Source: Squalus acanthias
Taxonomy: Eukaryota
NCBI GenBank assembly: GCA_030390025.1
Contig: CM059432.1
Coordinates: 48,796,001 to 48,860,000, forward strand
Length of the DNA: 64,000 bases
Direction of reading: 5' to 3'
Shown here: positions 49,110-60,391 of the stretch, piece by piece
How the letters are laid out: every line of letters begins with the position of its first letter
Numbering within the stretch: position 1 is the stretch's first letter
Translations under genes and position numbers: made by a program
Notes under the pieces: generated by a model
What the model was told of the DNA's origin: nothing
Seen by the model: only the letters and a program-made list of their open reading frames with translations
Database searches by the model: none

Positions 49110-51880
49110 TTTTTTAAAATTCATTCATGAGATGTGGGCGTCGCTGGCAAGGCCAGCATTTATTGCCCATTCCCAATTGCCCTTGAGAAGGTGGTGGTGA
49201 GCCGCCATCTTGAACCGTTGCAGTCTGTGTGGTGAAGGTACTCCCACAGTGCTGTGAGGGAGGGAGTTCCAGGATTTTGACCCAGCGACGATGAAGGATT
49301 GGTGATATACTTCTAAGTCAGGATGGTGTGTGACTTGAAGGGGAACTTGGAGGTGGTGGTGTTCCCATGAGCCTGCTGCCCTTGTCCTTCTAGGTGGTAG
49401 AGGTTGCGGGTTTGGGAGGTGCTGCCGAAGAAGCCTTGACGAATTGCTGCAGGGCATCTTGTAGATGGTACATACCGGTGGTGGAGGGAGTGAATGTTTA
49501 AGGTGGTGGATGGGGTGCCAATCAAGCAGGCTGCTTTGTCTTGGATGGTGTTGAGCTTCTTGAAACATAGAAACATAGAAGATAGGAGCAGGAGTAGGCC
49601 ATTCGGCCCCTCGAGCCTGCTCCGCCATTCGATGAGATCATGGCTGATCATCCAAACTCAGTACCCTGTACCTGCCTTCTCCCCATATCCCTTGATACCT
49701 TTATCTTTAAGAAATATATCTAACTCATTCTTCAATATATTTAGTGACTTGGCCTCAACTACCTTCTGTGGTAGAGAATTCCACAGGTTCACCACTCTCT
49801 GGGTGAAGAAATTCTTCCTCATTTCTGTCCTAAATGGCTTACCCCTTATCCTTAGATTATGACCCCTGGTTCTGGACTCTCCAACCATCGGGAACATTCT
49901 TCCTGCATCTAGTTTGTCCAGACCTGTCAGAATTTTATATGTTTCGATGAGATCCCCTCTCATTCTTCTATACTCCAGCGAGTATAAGCCCAATCGACCC
50001 AATCTCTCCTCATATGTCATTCCTGCCATCCCAGGTATCAGCCTTGTGAATCTTCGCTGAACTCCTTCCATGGCAAGAACATCCTTCCTCAGATAAGGCG
50101 ACCAAAACTGCACACAGTACTCAAGGTGTGGTCTCACCAAGGCCCTGTACAACTGCAGCAGGACATCCCTGTTCCTATACTCAAACCCTTTCGCTATGAA
50201 GGCCAACATACCATTTGCCTTCTTCACCGCCTGCTGCACCTGCATGCTTACCTTCAGCGACTGGTGCACAAGGACACCCAGGTCTCGTTGCACTTCCCCT
50301 TCTCCCAATCTATTGCCATTCAGATAATAGTCTGCCTTTCTGTTTTTGACACCAAAGTGGATAACCTCGCATTTATCCACGTTATATTGCATCTGCCACG
50401 CTTCTGCCCACTCACCCAACCTGTCCAAATCATCCTGGAGCTTCTCGGTATCCTCCTCGCAGCACACACACCCACCCAGCTTTGTGTCATCTGCAAACTT
50501 GGAGATATTACATTTAGTTCCCTTATCTAGATCATTAATGTATATTGTGAATAGCTGGGGTCCAAGGACCGATCCCTGCGGTACCCCACTAGTCACTGCC
50601 TGCCACTCGGAAAAAGACCCATTAATTCCTACTCTCTGCTTTCTGTCCGCCAACCAGTTCTCTATCCAAGTCAGTACCTTACCCCCAATCCCATGTGCTT
50701 TAACTTTACACGCTAATCTCTTATGCGGGACCTTATCGAAAGCCTTTTGAAAGTCCAAATACACCACATCTACTGGTTCTCCCTTAACTATTTTCCCAGT
50801 TACATCCTCAAAAAATTCCAGTAGATTAGTCAAGCACAATTTACCTTTTGTAAATCCATGTTGACTTTGTCCGATCCTGTCACTGTTTTTCAAGTGCTCA
50901 GCTATTACATCCTTTATAATGGACTCTAGCATTTTACCCACTACCGATGTCAGGCTTACCGGTCTGTAATTCCCCGCTTTCTCTCTACCACCCTTTTTGA
51001 ATAGTGGGGTAACATTAGCTACCCTCCAATCCATGGGTACAGTTCCAGATTCCATCGAATGTTGTTGGAGCTGCACTCATCTAGGCAAATGGAGAGTATT
51101 CCATCACACTCCTGACTTGTGCCTTGTAGATGGTGGAAAGGCTTTGGGGAGGCAGGAGGTGAGACACTCGCTGCAGAATACCCAGCCTCTGACATGCTCT
51201 TGTTGCCACGCTATTTTTGTGGCTGGTCCAGTTAAGTTTCTGGTCAATGGTGACCCCCCAGGATATTGATGGTGGGGGATTCGGCGATGGTAATGCTGTT
51301 GAATGTCAAGGGGTGGTGGTTAGACGCTCGCTTGTTGGAGATAGTCATTGCCTGGCACTTGTGTGGCGTGAATGTTACCTGCCACTTATCAGCCCAAGCC
51401 TGAATGTCGTCCAGGTCTTGCTGCATGCTGGCATGGACTGCTTCATTATCTGAGGAGTTGCGAATGGCACAGAACACTGTGCAGTCATCAGCAAACATCC
51501 CCACTTCTGACCTTATGATGGAGGGAAGGTCATTGATGAAGCAGCTGAAGATGATTGGGCCTAGGACACTGCCCTGAGAACTCCTGCAGTGATGTCCTGG
51601 GGCTGTGATGATTGACCTCCAACCTCCACAACCAGTCTCCCTTTGTGCTAGGTATGACTCCAGCCAGTGGAGAGTTTTCCCCCTGATTCCCATTGACTTC
51701 AGTTTTACTAGGGCTCCTTGATGCCTTGATGTCAAGGGCAGTCACTCTCACCGCACCTCTGGAATTCAGCTCTTTGTTCATCTTTGGACCAAGGCTGTAA
51801 TGAGGTCTGGAGCTGAGTGGTCCTGGTGGAACCCAAACTGGGCATCAGTGAGCAGGTTATTGGTGAGTAAGTGCTGCTTA
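49110..51880 (-). mobile_element. Family-B LINE 3' half split by a young CR1
   Basis: Segments 49110-49563 and ~51057-51880 rejoin (AAPT.LKKLNTIQDKAA); QGSVLGP and FADD motifs in 51244-51735. Confidence 0.92.
49564..51056 (-). mobile_element. Young 5'-truncated CR1 LINE with uninterrupted RT frame
   Basis: (aaacatag)n tail; ORF 49658-51076, whose first few codons come from the host element, is highly similar to 15283-17550. Confidence 0.95.
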
Positions 51881-53083
51881 GGTGAGAGAAAGAAGGTGAG
51901 TAAATGGTATAAAAGTTAAAGGTGTACAGTTGGAGAGGATTAGAACAGGTAGCGTAGATGGGAAAAAAAAGTAACATTGCAGTTAATATAATAAAAATAG
52001 GAGAGAGCATGGGGAAGAGAGAAATTTAGAGGAAACATAGGACAACTGAGAAAGCAGAACTAAAGTTTTTTAATTGCTTTGTTTTTAACTGAATTGTACT
52101 TTAGGTGTTATAGGGAGAGAGAGAGCTGCTCCTGATATTTCAGTATCTTTGTGGGTGTAATATTGTACATTGAAGACCAAAGAAACATGGGGAAGGCATT
52201 ATAATGCGTCTTCTGTGTCATTTGAATATTAGAGTGAATCTGCTGCTCGTTTCTTAACTTGCCTCCAAGCCTAGCAGAAATGCAAGTCATGCAGCAAATG
52301 GGATGGAGATATTAAGTTATAGAGCTGAGCCCCTTTTTCTGGTTGGTTACACCTTGTAATGCCCTGTGTGGGCCATTTTGCAAAAGATTAAAAAAACTGT
52401 CCCAATAAAAAAATCATTGGGCATAGGGAGACATCCTTTTCCCTGCGCTTGCTGTTCATCTGAAGATTCAAGTTATAAAATACATTGTCAGATTAAATGC
52501 TTTAACTATATTATGAAATTTCGCAACTTGTGTATATTTTCCATTTTATTCTTTTTGAAATTTTATTTTTGTACAACTAAGCCCACAGACCATTATTGTT
52601 TACCCGTCAATCCTACTAAAGTCACAGATTTAACTATGAAGTCAAAATCAAATGGAAAATAGCATGACCTGAATCTAGAAGGAAATTGAGCAGCACTCAT
52701 AAAAATGCACCCACGCAATGCATCAAATGTTGATGACGTTGTTTCTGGAACTCTCAGAACACAAATATCATCATAATTTGAAAACCTATACCTTTGAAAA
52801 GAGTGGTGTGGGAGGAAGGAGTTTCGATTCATGGGGCACTGGCACCAGTACTGGGGAAAGAGGGAGCTGTTCTGCCGGGACGGGCTCCACTTAAACCGGG
52901 CTGAGACCAGCGTCCTGGTGAATCGAATAACTAGGGCTGTAGATAGGGCTTTAAACTAAAAAAAGGCGGGGGGTATGGGGGTCAGGTGAGGGGAAATTTA
53001 GAAATCTAAAGAGAAAGATCAAGGCAATAGAGCAGTGTACCGATTTGGGTAAAAATAAGCAGAGTGTGACAGGAAGGTACAGA

Positions 53084-53749
53084 GGGGGAAAAATTGGGTC
53101 GCGCCCCCTTTGGGGCGCTAACTTCACCGGGGCGCTACTTTTAGCACCCAAAATTCACCGGTAGCGCCCCAAGAGGGAGGCGGGGTGCTACTGGAAGTGC
53201 CCCGCCTCCCTCTTGGAGCACTGCGAGTGAATATCGTGACGCTACGGCACATCGCGCCGTGGTACTGCAGGCCTTCCCCCCCTTATTAAATGGGAGGGGC
53301 CCAGTGCAAGCAACCCGGGGCCCAGCTGGGCAACCAGGGATCGGAGTGCCGGCTCTTAAGAGAAGTGCCGGGCTCACGAGCGCAGCCGGCACTCTGCGGG
53401 GGGGCTGCACAGACGGCCGGGGACGGCAAAGCGGATAGGTGCTGGCAGGCGGCCAGCAATGAAAATGGCCACCCGGCACCTTCCCTTTAATTTGCGCCGC
53501 CCCAGCCGCAGGTAGGCCCCCCTGACCCTGTCGGACATAGCGTCCGGCGGTAAGTCAGGGGGTGATACCGAAGATCGCAGCCGGGGCGTGAGCGGGGCGC
53601 TGCGCACGGCGATGATGCCAACGGTTACCGCCGCCGCTAAACTCCAGCTGAATTTCGCGGGAGGCGTCAGCTGCGCCGCGCTCATGCGCTAGTTGCTTTG
53701 CGCCCTGTTAGCGCCCTCTTAGGGTGCAAATCAACCGAATTTTTCCCCC
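53084..53749. mobile_element. PIF/Harbinger-like MITE (666 bp), GC/CpG-rich
   Basis: TIRs GGGGGAAAAATT / AATTTTTCCCCC; TSD AGA at 53081-53083 and 53750-53752. Confidence 0.88.
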
Positions 53750-55910
53750 AGAGAGTTTAATGGTAGCAGTGCAGTAGGGAATAAGGTCAAAGCAGGGATA
53801 ATGGTAAAAAAATTAAATTAAAGGCTCTTTATCTGAATGCATAAAGCATTCGTAACAAGATAGACGAACTAGTGGCACAAATAGAGATAAATGGATTTGA
53901 TCTAATAGCCATTACAGAGACATGGTTGCAAGGTTGCCAAGGTTTGGAACTAAATGTTCCAGGGTACTTGACATTTCGAAAAGACAGGCAGAATGGAAAA
54001 GGAGGTGGGAGTGGCCCTGATAATAAAGGATGACATAAGGACAGTAGCGAGAAAGGATCTCGGCTCGGAAGATCAGGAAGTAGAATCAGTATGGGTGGAG
54101 ATAAGGAATAACAAGGGCAGAAAGCACTGGTAGGAGTAGTATATAGACCCCCTAACAGTAGCTATACTGTTGGACAGAATATTAATCAAGAAATAGTAGG
54201 AGCTTGCAACAAAGGTAATGCAATAATCTTGGGGTCTTTAATCTTCATATAGACTGGACAAATCAAATTGGCAAAGGTAGTCTGGAGGACGAGTTCATGG
54301 AATGTTTTCGGGACAGTTTCCTAGAACAATATGTCATGGAACCAACCAGGGAATAGGCTATTTTAGATCTTGTATTGTGTAATGAGACAGGGTTAATTAG
54401 CAATTTCATAGTAAAGGATCCTCTGGGGTAGAGTGATCATAATATGATAGAATTTTACATTAATTTTGAGAGTAACTTGCCTAAGTCTTAAACTTAAATA
54501 AAGCCAATTACATAGGTATGAGAGGCGAGTTGGCTATGGTAGATTGGAAAAATAGATTAAAAGGTATGGTGGTATATAAGCAGTGGCTAGCATTTACAGA
54601 AATATTTAATAATTCTCAACAAAAATATATTCCATTGAGAAACAAAAACTCCACGGGAAAAGTGATCCAACCATGGCTAACTAAAGATGTTAAGGATAGC
54701 ATTAGATTGAAAGAAGAAGCTTATAATGTTGCAAAGAATAATAGTAAGCCTGAGGATTGGGAGAGTTTCAGAAACCAAAAAAGGTTGACCAAAAAATTGA
54801 TAAAAAGGGAAAAATAGAATATGAGAGAAAACTAGCAAGAAATATTAAAGCAGATTGTAAGAGTTTCTACAAGTATGTAAAAAGGAAAAGAGTAGCAAAA
54901 GTAACCGTTGGTCCCTTAGAGGCTGAGACAGGAGAAATTATTATGGAAAATAAGGAAATGGCAGAAACGTTAAACAAATATTTTGTATCTGTATTCACAG
55001 TAGAAGACACAAAAAGCATACCAAAAATGGTGGGGAACCAAGGGTCTAATGAGGGTGAGGAACTTAACGTAATTAATATAAGTAGAGAAAAAGTACTAGA
55101 GAAACTTATGGGACTAAAAGTCGACAAATCCCCTGGACCTGACGGCCTACATCCTAGGGTTCTAAAAGAGGTGGCTGAAGAGATAGTGGATGCATTGGTA
55201 TTGATCTTCCAAAATTCCCTAGATTCTGGAGAGGTCCCAGTGGATTGGAAAGTCGCAAATGTAACACCGCTATTCAAGAAAGGAGGGAGAGAAAAAACAG
55301 GGAACTACAGGCCAGTTAGCCTGACATCAGTCATCAGGAAAATGCTGGAAAACATTGTTAAGGAAGTGGTATCAAGTCACTTAGAAAATCATAACATGGC
55401 AGAGTCAACATGGTTTTATGAAAAGGAAATCATGTTTGACAAATTTATTAGAGTTTTTGAGGATGTAACTGGCAGGATAGATAAAGAGGAACCAGTGGAT
55501 GTAGTATATTTGGATTTCCAAAAGGCATTCGATAAGGTGCCACATAAAAGATTATTACAGAAGATTAGGGCTCATGGGGTTGGGGGTAATATAGTAGCAT
55601 GGATAGAGGATTGGTTAACGGACAGAAAACATAGAGTAGGGATAAACGGATCTTTTTCAGGTTGGCAGGCTGTAACTAGTGGGGTGCCGCAAGGATCAGT
55701 GTTGGGGCCTCAGCTATTTACAATCTATATTAATGACCTAGATGAAGGGACCGAGTGTAATGTATCCAAGTTTGCTGATGATACAAAGCTAGGTGGGACA
55801 GTAAGCTGTGAGGAGAACACAAAGAGTCTGCAAAGGGATATAGATAGACTAGATCGACTAAGTGAGTGGACAGTAAGGTGGCAGATGGAGTATAATGTAG
55901 GGAAATGTGA

Positions 55911-56105
55911 TTGTCGTAAGAATGAGCCTTACGCGTGGTGAACTTAAAGTAAGCTTTAATCAACTAAAAAGGTGCTACATACAAAAGAGGTCTTACTCTA
56001 TGCCTCTCCAGGATCCAACTGATCAGCCCAGTATTTATCCTGGACTAATCACAGGAAGTGATGTAATAAAGTTCGAGTCACAGGAAGCTGTATTGTGTTA
56101 CCACA
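55911..56105 (-). repeat. 3' LTR (195 bp)
   Basis: Identical to 60197-60391; preceded on the sense strand by the polypurine tract GGGGGGGGAGAA (56106-56117). Confidence 0.95.
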
Positions 56106-56168
56106 TTCTCCCCCCCCAAAAGATTAGGAGGCCGGGATGAAGTTCGAGTCACAGGAAGCTGTATCGTG

Positions 56169-59100
56169 TTACCACATTCTCCCTCCATTTCGTAGCCGCT
56201 GGACGAGGGAGAGCCACACCCGTTTGGGTTCTCGTAGCGGTAGAGGGCCCCTAGCCCGTTTACCCGCCGCGGGCCGTGGACCAGAGTCCGAGTGATCCAG
56301 CCCGCTCTGTGAGGGGTCAGGACGATCCTGACTGTGTACTGGTGCCCGAACGGGTGTCGGGCAGGGCTGTGGCAGATCCGTTTCCGAGCGTATGGTACGG
56401 GGTGGATCGTGGCTGCGTGTGCGAGCCCCGACGGGCTCATAGTCAGTCTGCCCCAGGTCGGCACGCTGGAGTGAGGTACCAGCCGGCGTCAGATCCAGAT
56501 CGTGATGAGAGGCACCTGGCGAGCCCAGAGATGTGCCTGGTACAATATCATCCCCTGGTGTCCCTCTATGTTTCGGCGGGCAGGGAGCCAGATCCCGCAA
56601 TGACACGGTAGATTCCCGACCGTCAGGATACCAAATATAGGCGTAGGTAGGGTTGACGTCAGTGAGCTCAACCTCATCTACCAGGGGGTCATTCTTAGAC
56701 GCCCGAACATATCTTCGGAGTAGCACTGGTCCCGGTGCAGTCAGCCATGATGGGAGCGATATCCCATAGGATGAGCGACGCTGAAATCGGAAGAACCGTT
56801 CATGAGGCGTCGTATTTGTGGCGGTCGAAAGGAGGGACCGTGTGGAGTGTAATGCGTCTGGAAGTACTGCTTCCCATTGCTGGTTGGGTAGGCCCCGAGA
56901 TCTCAAAGTCAGACGTACCGCATTCCAGATGATAGCGTTAAAACGCTCGACTTGCCCATTCCCGACCGGATGATAAGGCGTCGTTCTGCTGGCAGCAATA
57001 CCCCGTTCCGAGAGATAGGCCTTGAGTTCTCCTGACATAAAAGAAGGGCCCCGATCCGAATGAACATAGGATGCCATGCCACAGAAAGCAAATACCTGCT
57101 CAAGGCAGCTGATAACCGTGGTCGTCAGCATATTGGGGCAGGGAAAGGCAAATGGAAAACGGGAATACTCATCGACCATGGTCAATAGATAAGTGTTGCG
57201 AGTTGAAGAGGGCAACGGCCCCTTAAAATCGATGCTAAGCCGTTGCATTGGCTGGGTCGCATGTATGAGTATACCACCCGAGGGGCGGAAAAACTGAGGT
57301 TTCAATTCCGCACAGACTCTGCAGTCCGAGCACATCTTCTTTACATCCCCGGTAGAGAATGGGAGATTTCGGGACCGCACGAAGTGTAGCATGCGAGTAA
57401 CGCCCGGATGACACAACCCATCATGGATGTCTACGAGCGTAGAGGGTGCCATGGCGGAGCAGAATGCTCGTGTGAGGGTATCCGGAGCCACATTCTCCTT
57501 GCCAGGTCGATAGTGGATGGTGTAACCAAAAGAGGCCAATTCCAGCCGCCAAAGCTGGATTTTATTATTTTTAATTTTGGTCCGTTTTCGATTATTGAGC
57601 ATGAAGGCGACCGATCGCTGGTCCGTGATTAAGGTAAAGTGCTGGCGAGCTAGGAGATGAGTCCACTTCCGTACTGCCTCTATGATGGCTGTAGCTTCTT
57701 TCTCGACTGGAGGATAATGTAGCTCAGCCCCTTGAAAAGTCCTGGACAAAAATGCCACCGGACGACCTTCCTGATTCAGAGTGGCCGAGATCGCCACCTC
57801 CGAGGCATCACACTCAACAACAAAAGGAAGACTCTCATCGATGGAGTGAAGAGCCGCTTTCTCCAACTGTTTTTTCAGGAGGTTAAAGGCTGCAACAGCT
57901 GCTGTGTCTAGTGGGAATGTGCTGGCCTTCAGTAGAGGTTGGATTCGGTCCGAGAAGTTAGGAATCCATTTAGCATAGTATGCAAACAGGCCGAGGGCCT
58001 GGCGCAAGGAGGCCGGATTCTTAGGTGGCGGGAGTTCTTGGAGTGGGCGAAGCCTTTCAGGGTCAGGTTTAATGATGCCATTGCCCACACAATAGCCAAG
58101 GATGTTGATGGTTGGTTGTGACTCAATGGATTTAGCCGCATTTAATGTCAAATTACGGTGCTGGAGTGCATCCCAAAATCGTTGGAGATTGGCGTCATGT
58201 TCCCGCTGATTGCGACCTGCGACAGTAATATTGTCCAGATAAGGAAACGTATCCTTTAAGTCTTCCTGTTTGACCAGGTCATCCATTGCTCGCTGGAAGA
58301 CAGCCACTCCATTAGTGACCCCAAAGGGGAGGCGACAAAATTGATACAGCCGTCCATTGGCTTCAAAGGCCGTATACTGCTTGTCTGAGACCTTCAAGGG
58401 TACCTGATGATAGGCACTTTTCAGATCATATGTTGAGAACACCGTGTACTCAGCCAGTTTATTAACCATATCATCGATGCGCGGCAATGGGTATGCGTCC
58501 AAGTCCGTATATTGATTGATGGTCTGTGAATAGTCAATGCACAGCCGTTTCTTGTGAGGTTGTAGAGGGTTCTTAACAATAACGACCTGGGCGCGCCATG
58601 GCGATGAACAAGGCTCGATGATATCCTCTGCTAAAAGCCGAGAAATCTCAGCCGCAATAAAAGACTGGTCTTCCTGACTGAAACATCGTGACTTTGTTAT
58701 AATCGGTTTGCATCGAGGAGGGATACTGGTAAACAGTGAGGGTTCATCCAGTGAAGCTGCTGACAATGCACAGAACGGTAATCGAGGTCGTATATTAGAA
58801 ATAGTGAGTTCAGGTTTGGATCCGCCGAACTCAATGGTGAGCTTCTTATGCTGCTTTTGAAAATCTAGCCCTAAGATAAGATCACTACATAAGTCCTTGA
58901 GCACCGAAAGCCGGGTGGAGGGATACCTGTGACCATTAAGTGTTATTTCAACCATACAAAAGCCAGAAATTCTGGTATTAAGTGATGACTGAGCCATCGC
59001 AATTGCCTGGTCCGATGGGAAAACATATAGCTTTAACTCTGCAACAATCTGTTCCCTAATGAAACTATCAGTGCTACCTGAGTCAATTAAGGCATCTAAA

Positions 59101-60119
59101 GTATGTCCATTAATTGATGCTTTTGTAGCTGCATGGAATAGGTTCTGAGGACAAGCAGCTGTAATTGGTGTCGTTGCACAAAGAGTGGCTGAAACTCTAG
59201 GTGTGTTTCTTCGAGAGAAAACCCGAGAGGAAGCACGATAGATTTTAGCCGGAACATCTTGATAGGCCCTTACCGGGGCAGTTCGGTAGGACTTAGCTTG
59301 ATAAGCCCTCGTAGAGGCTCTTGATAGGCAAACCTTTGCAAAATGACCCTTTTTGTTGCAATGACTGCAAAACGCATTGCGAGCAGGGCAGAATTTCCGA
59401 GGGTGAAACTCATCACCACAAAAGAAGCATTTCTTAGATTGCCAAGAGGCTGCCACAGTGGGGTCATCATCCTCTTCATCAGTGAAGTCATCAGATTGAT
59501 CGTCAGGGATAAAGTCCTCCCTAATAGAGTTCACCTGTGGCCTCTTAAATTGCCTGACTGTAGTTAAGGCAGCAGACCGAGGTCTGGGCACTGTATAAAG
59601 GTCTGAATTTCTTTTTGCCAGATCTAGAGAGCAAGCCATGTCATAAGCTCTCTGAAGCTCAAGTGTCTTACTTTCCAGTAGACGCTGGCGTATAAATGGG
59701 GAGGCAAGCCCGCAGATGAAAGCATCACGGATCATTTCTTCACGGTACAGCTCAACTGAGGCCGCCTGAAAGTTACAGTCCATACTAAGTCTGCGAAGCT
59801 CTTGGAGGAATTTATCAATGGATTCCTCCGGCCCTTGTTGGGCTGTAGCTAGTAGATGTCTGGCATAGACCTCATTCGGTGTCTTAGTATATAGTATTTT
59901 AAGCGTCCGGGTTGCCTCCTCGTAACTGCCCCATTCCTCGACATACTGAAATACATTCGGGGTGACACAGTTGATGAGTATCCGCAATTTTGAGTCATCA
60001 TCAGCCTTGCAATATTCGAGAAAATTGTCAAACGTGCGATACCAGTGTTTCCACACCTTACCGGCTGCTGGGGTGTTTGGGTCCAAGTCAAGACGCGATG
60101 GTTTAAGGATGTTTTCCAT
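56169..60119 (-). CDS. Gypsy gag-pol polyprotein (Gag with two CCHC knuckles, protease, RT, RNase H, integrase)
   Basis: 1316 aa; CFFCGDEFHPRKFC and CSHCNKKGHFAKVC knuckles; ALIDSGS; DLKSAYHQ, LPFG, YLDN; ECDAS, EKEA; HPG...CSDC, IDFKGP, VDEYSRF, SDRG, ERFN. Confidence 0.97.
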   Translation of the reverse strand: MENILKPSRLDLDPNTPAAGKVWKHWYRTFDNFLEYCKADDDSKLRILINCVTPNVFQYVEEWGSYEEATRTLKILYTKTPNEVYARHLLATAQQGPEESIDKFLQELRRLSMDCNFQAASVELYREEMIRDAFICGLASPFIRQRLLESKTLELQRAYDMACSLDLAKRNSDLYTVPRPRSAALTTVRQFKRPQVNSIREDFIPDDQSDDFTDEEDDDPTVAASWQSKKCFFCGDEFHPRKFCPARNAFCSHCNKKGHFAKVCLSRASTRAYQAKSYRTAPVRAYQDVPAKIYRASSRVFSRRNTPRVSATLCATTPITAACPQNLFHAATKASINGHTLDALIDSGSTDSFIREQIVAELKLYVFPSDQAIAMAQSSLNTRISGFCMVEITLNGHRYPSTRLSVLKDLCSDLILGLDFQKQHKKLTIEFGGSKPELTISNIRPRLPFCALSAASLDEPSLFTSIPPRCKPIITKSRCFSQEDQSFIAAEISRLLAEDIIEPCSSPWRAQVVIVKNPLQPHKKRLCIDYSQTINQYTDLDAYPLPRIDDMVNKLAEYTVFSTYDLKSAYHQVPLKVSDKQYTAFEANGRLYQFCRLPFGVTNGVAVFQRAMDDLVKQEDLKDTFPYLDNITVAGRNQREHDANLQRFWDALQHRNLTLNAAKSIESQPTINILGYCVGNGIIKPDPERLRPLQELPPPKNPASLRQALGLFAYYAKWIPNFSDRIQPLLKASTFPLDTAAVAAFNLLKKQLEKAALHSIDESLPFVVECDASEVAISATLNQEGRPVAFLSRTFQGAELHYPPVEKEATAIIEAVRKWTHLLARQHFTLITDQRSVAFMLNNRKRTKIKNNKIQLWRLELASFGYTIHYRPGKENVAPDTLTRAFCSAMAPSTLVDIHDGLCHPGVTRMLHFVRSRNLPFSTGDVKKMCSDCRVCAELKPQFFRPSGGILIHATQPMQRLSIDFKGPLPSSTRNTYLLTMVDEYSRFPFAFPCPNMLTTTVISCLEQVFAFCGMASYVHSDRGPSFMSGELKAYLSERGIAASRTTPYHPVGNGQVERFNAIIWNAVRLTLRSRGLPNQQWEAVLPDALHSTRSLLSTATNTTPHERFFRFQRRSSYGISLPSWLTAPGPVLLRRYVRASKNDPLVDEVELTDVNPTYAYIWYPDGRESTVSLRDLAPCPPKHRGTPGDDIVPGTSLGSPGASHHDLDLTPAGTSLQRADLGQTDYEPVGARTRSHDPPRTIRSETDLPQPCPTPVRAPVHSQDRPDPSQSGLDHSDSGPRPAAGKRARGPLPLREPKRVWLSLVQRLRNGGRMW

Positions 60120-60196
60120 GATGGGTGATTCCCTGGATCCTTAGTTCCGAGTTCGTCCAAAAAGTTTGAGTGCGAAGTTTTTCAAAGTTGATTAAA

Positions 60197-60391
60197 TTGT
60201 CGTAAGAATGAGCCTTACGCGTGGTGAACTTAAAGTAAGCTTTAATCAACTAAAAAGGTGCTACATACAAAAGAGGTCTTACTCTATGCCTCTCCAGGAT
60301 CCAACTGATCAGCCCAGTATTTATCCTGGACTAATCACAGGAAGTGATGTAATAAAGTTCGAGTCACAGGAAGCTGTATTGTGTTACCACA
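60197..60391 (-). repeat. 5' LTR (195 bp)
   Basis: Sense strand TGTGG...GACAA; TATA-like GATAAATA; ATTAAA poly(A)-type signal. Confidence 0.95.

Larger units (their letters stand above)
55911..60391 (-). mobile_element. Intact Gypsy/Ty3 LTR retrotransposon
   Basis: Two LTRs identical by eye; 4-bp TSD GTGA at 55907-55910 and 60392-60395; removal restores the host KCE-VIHFG frame; single gag-pol ORF. Confidence 0.97.
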
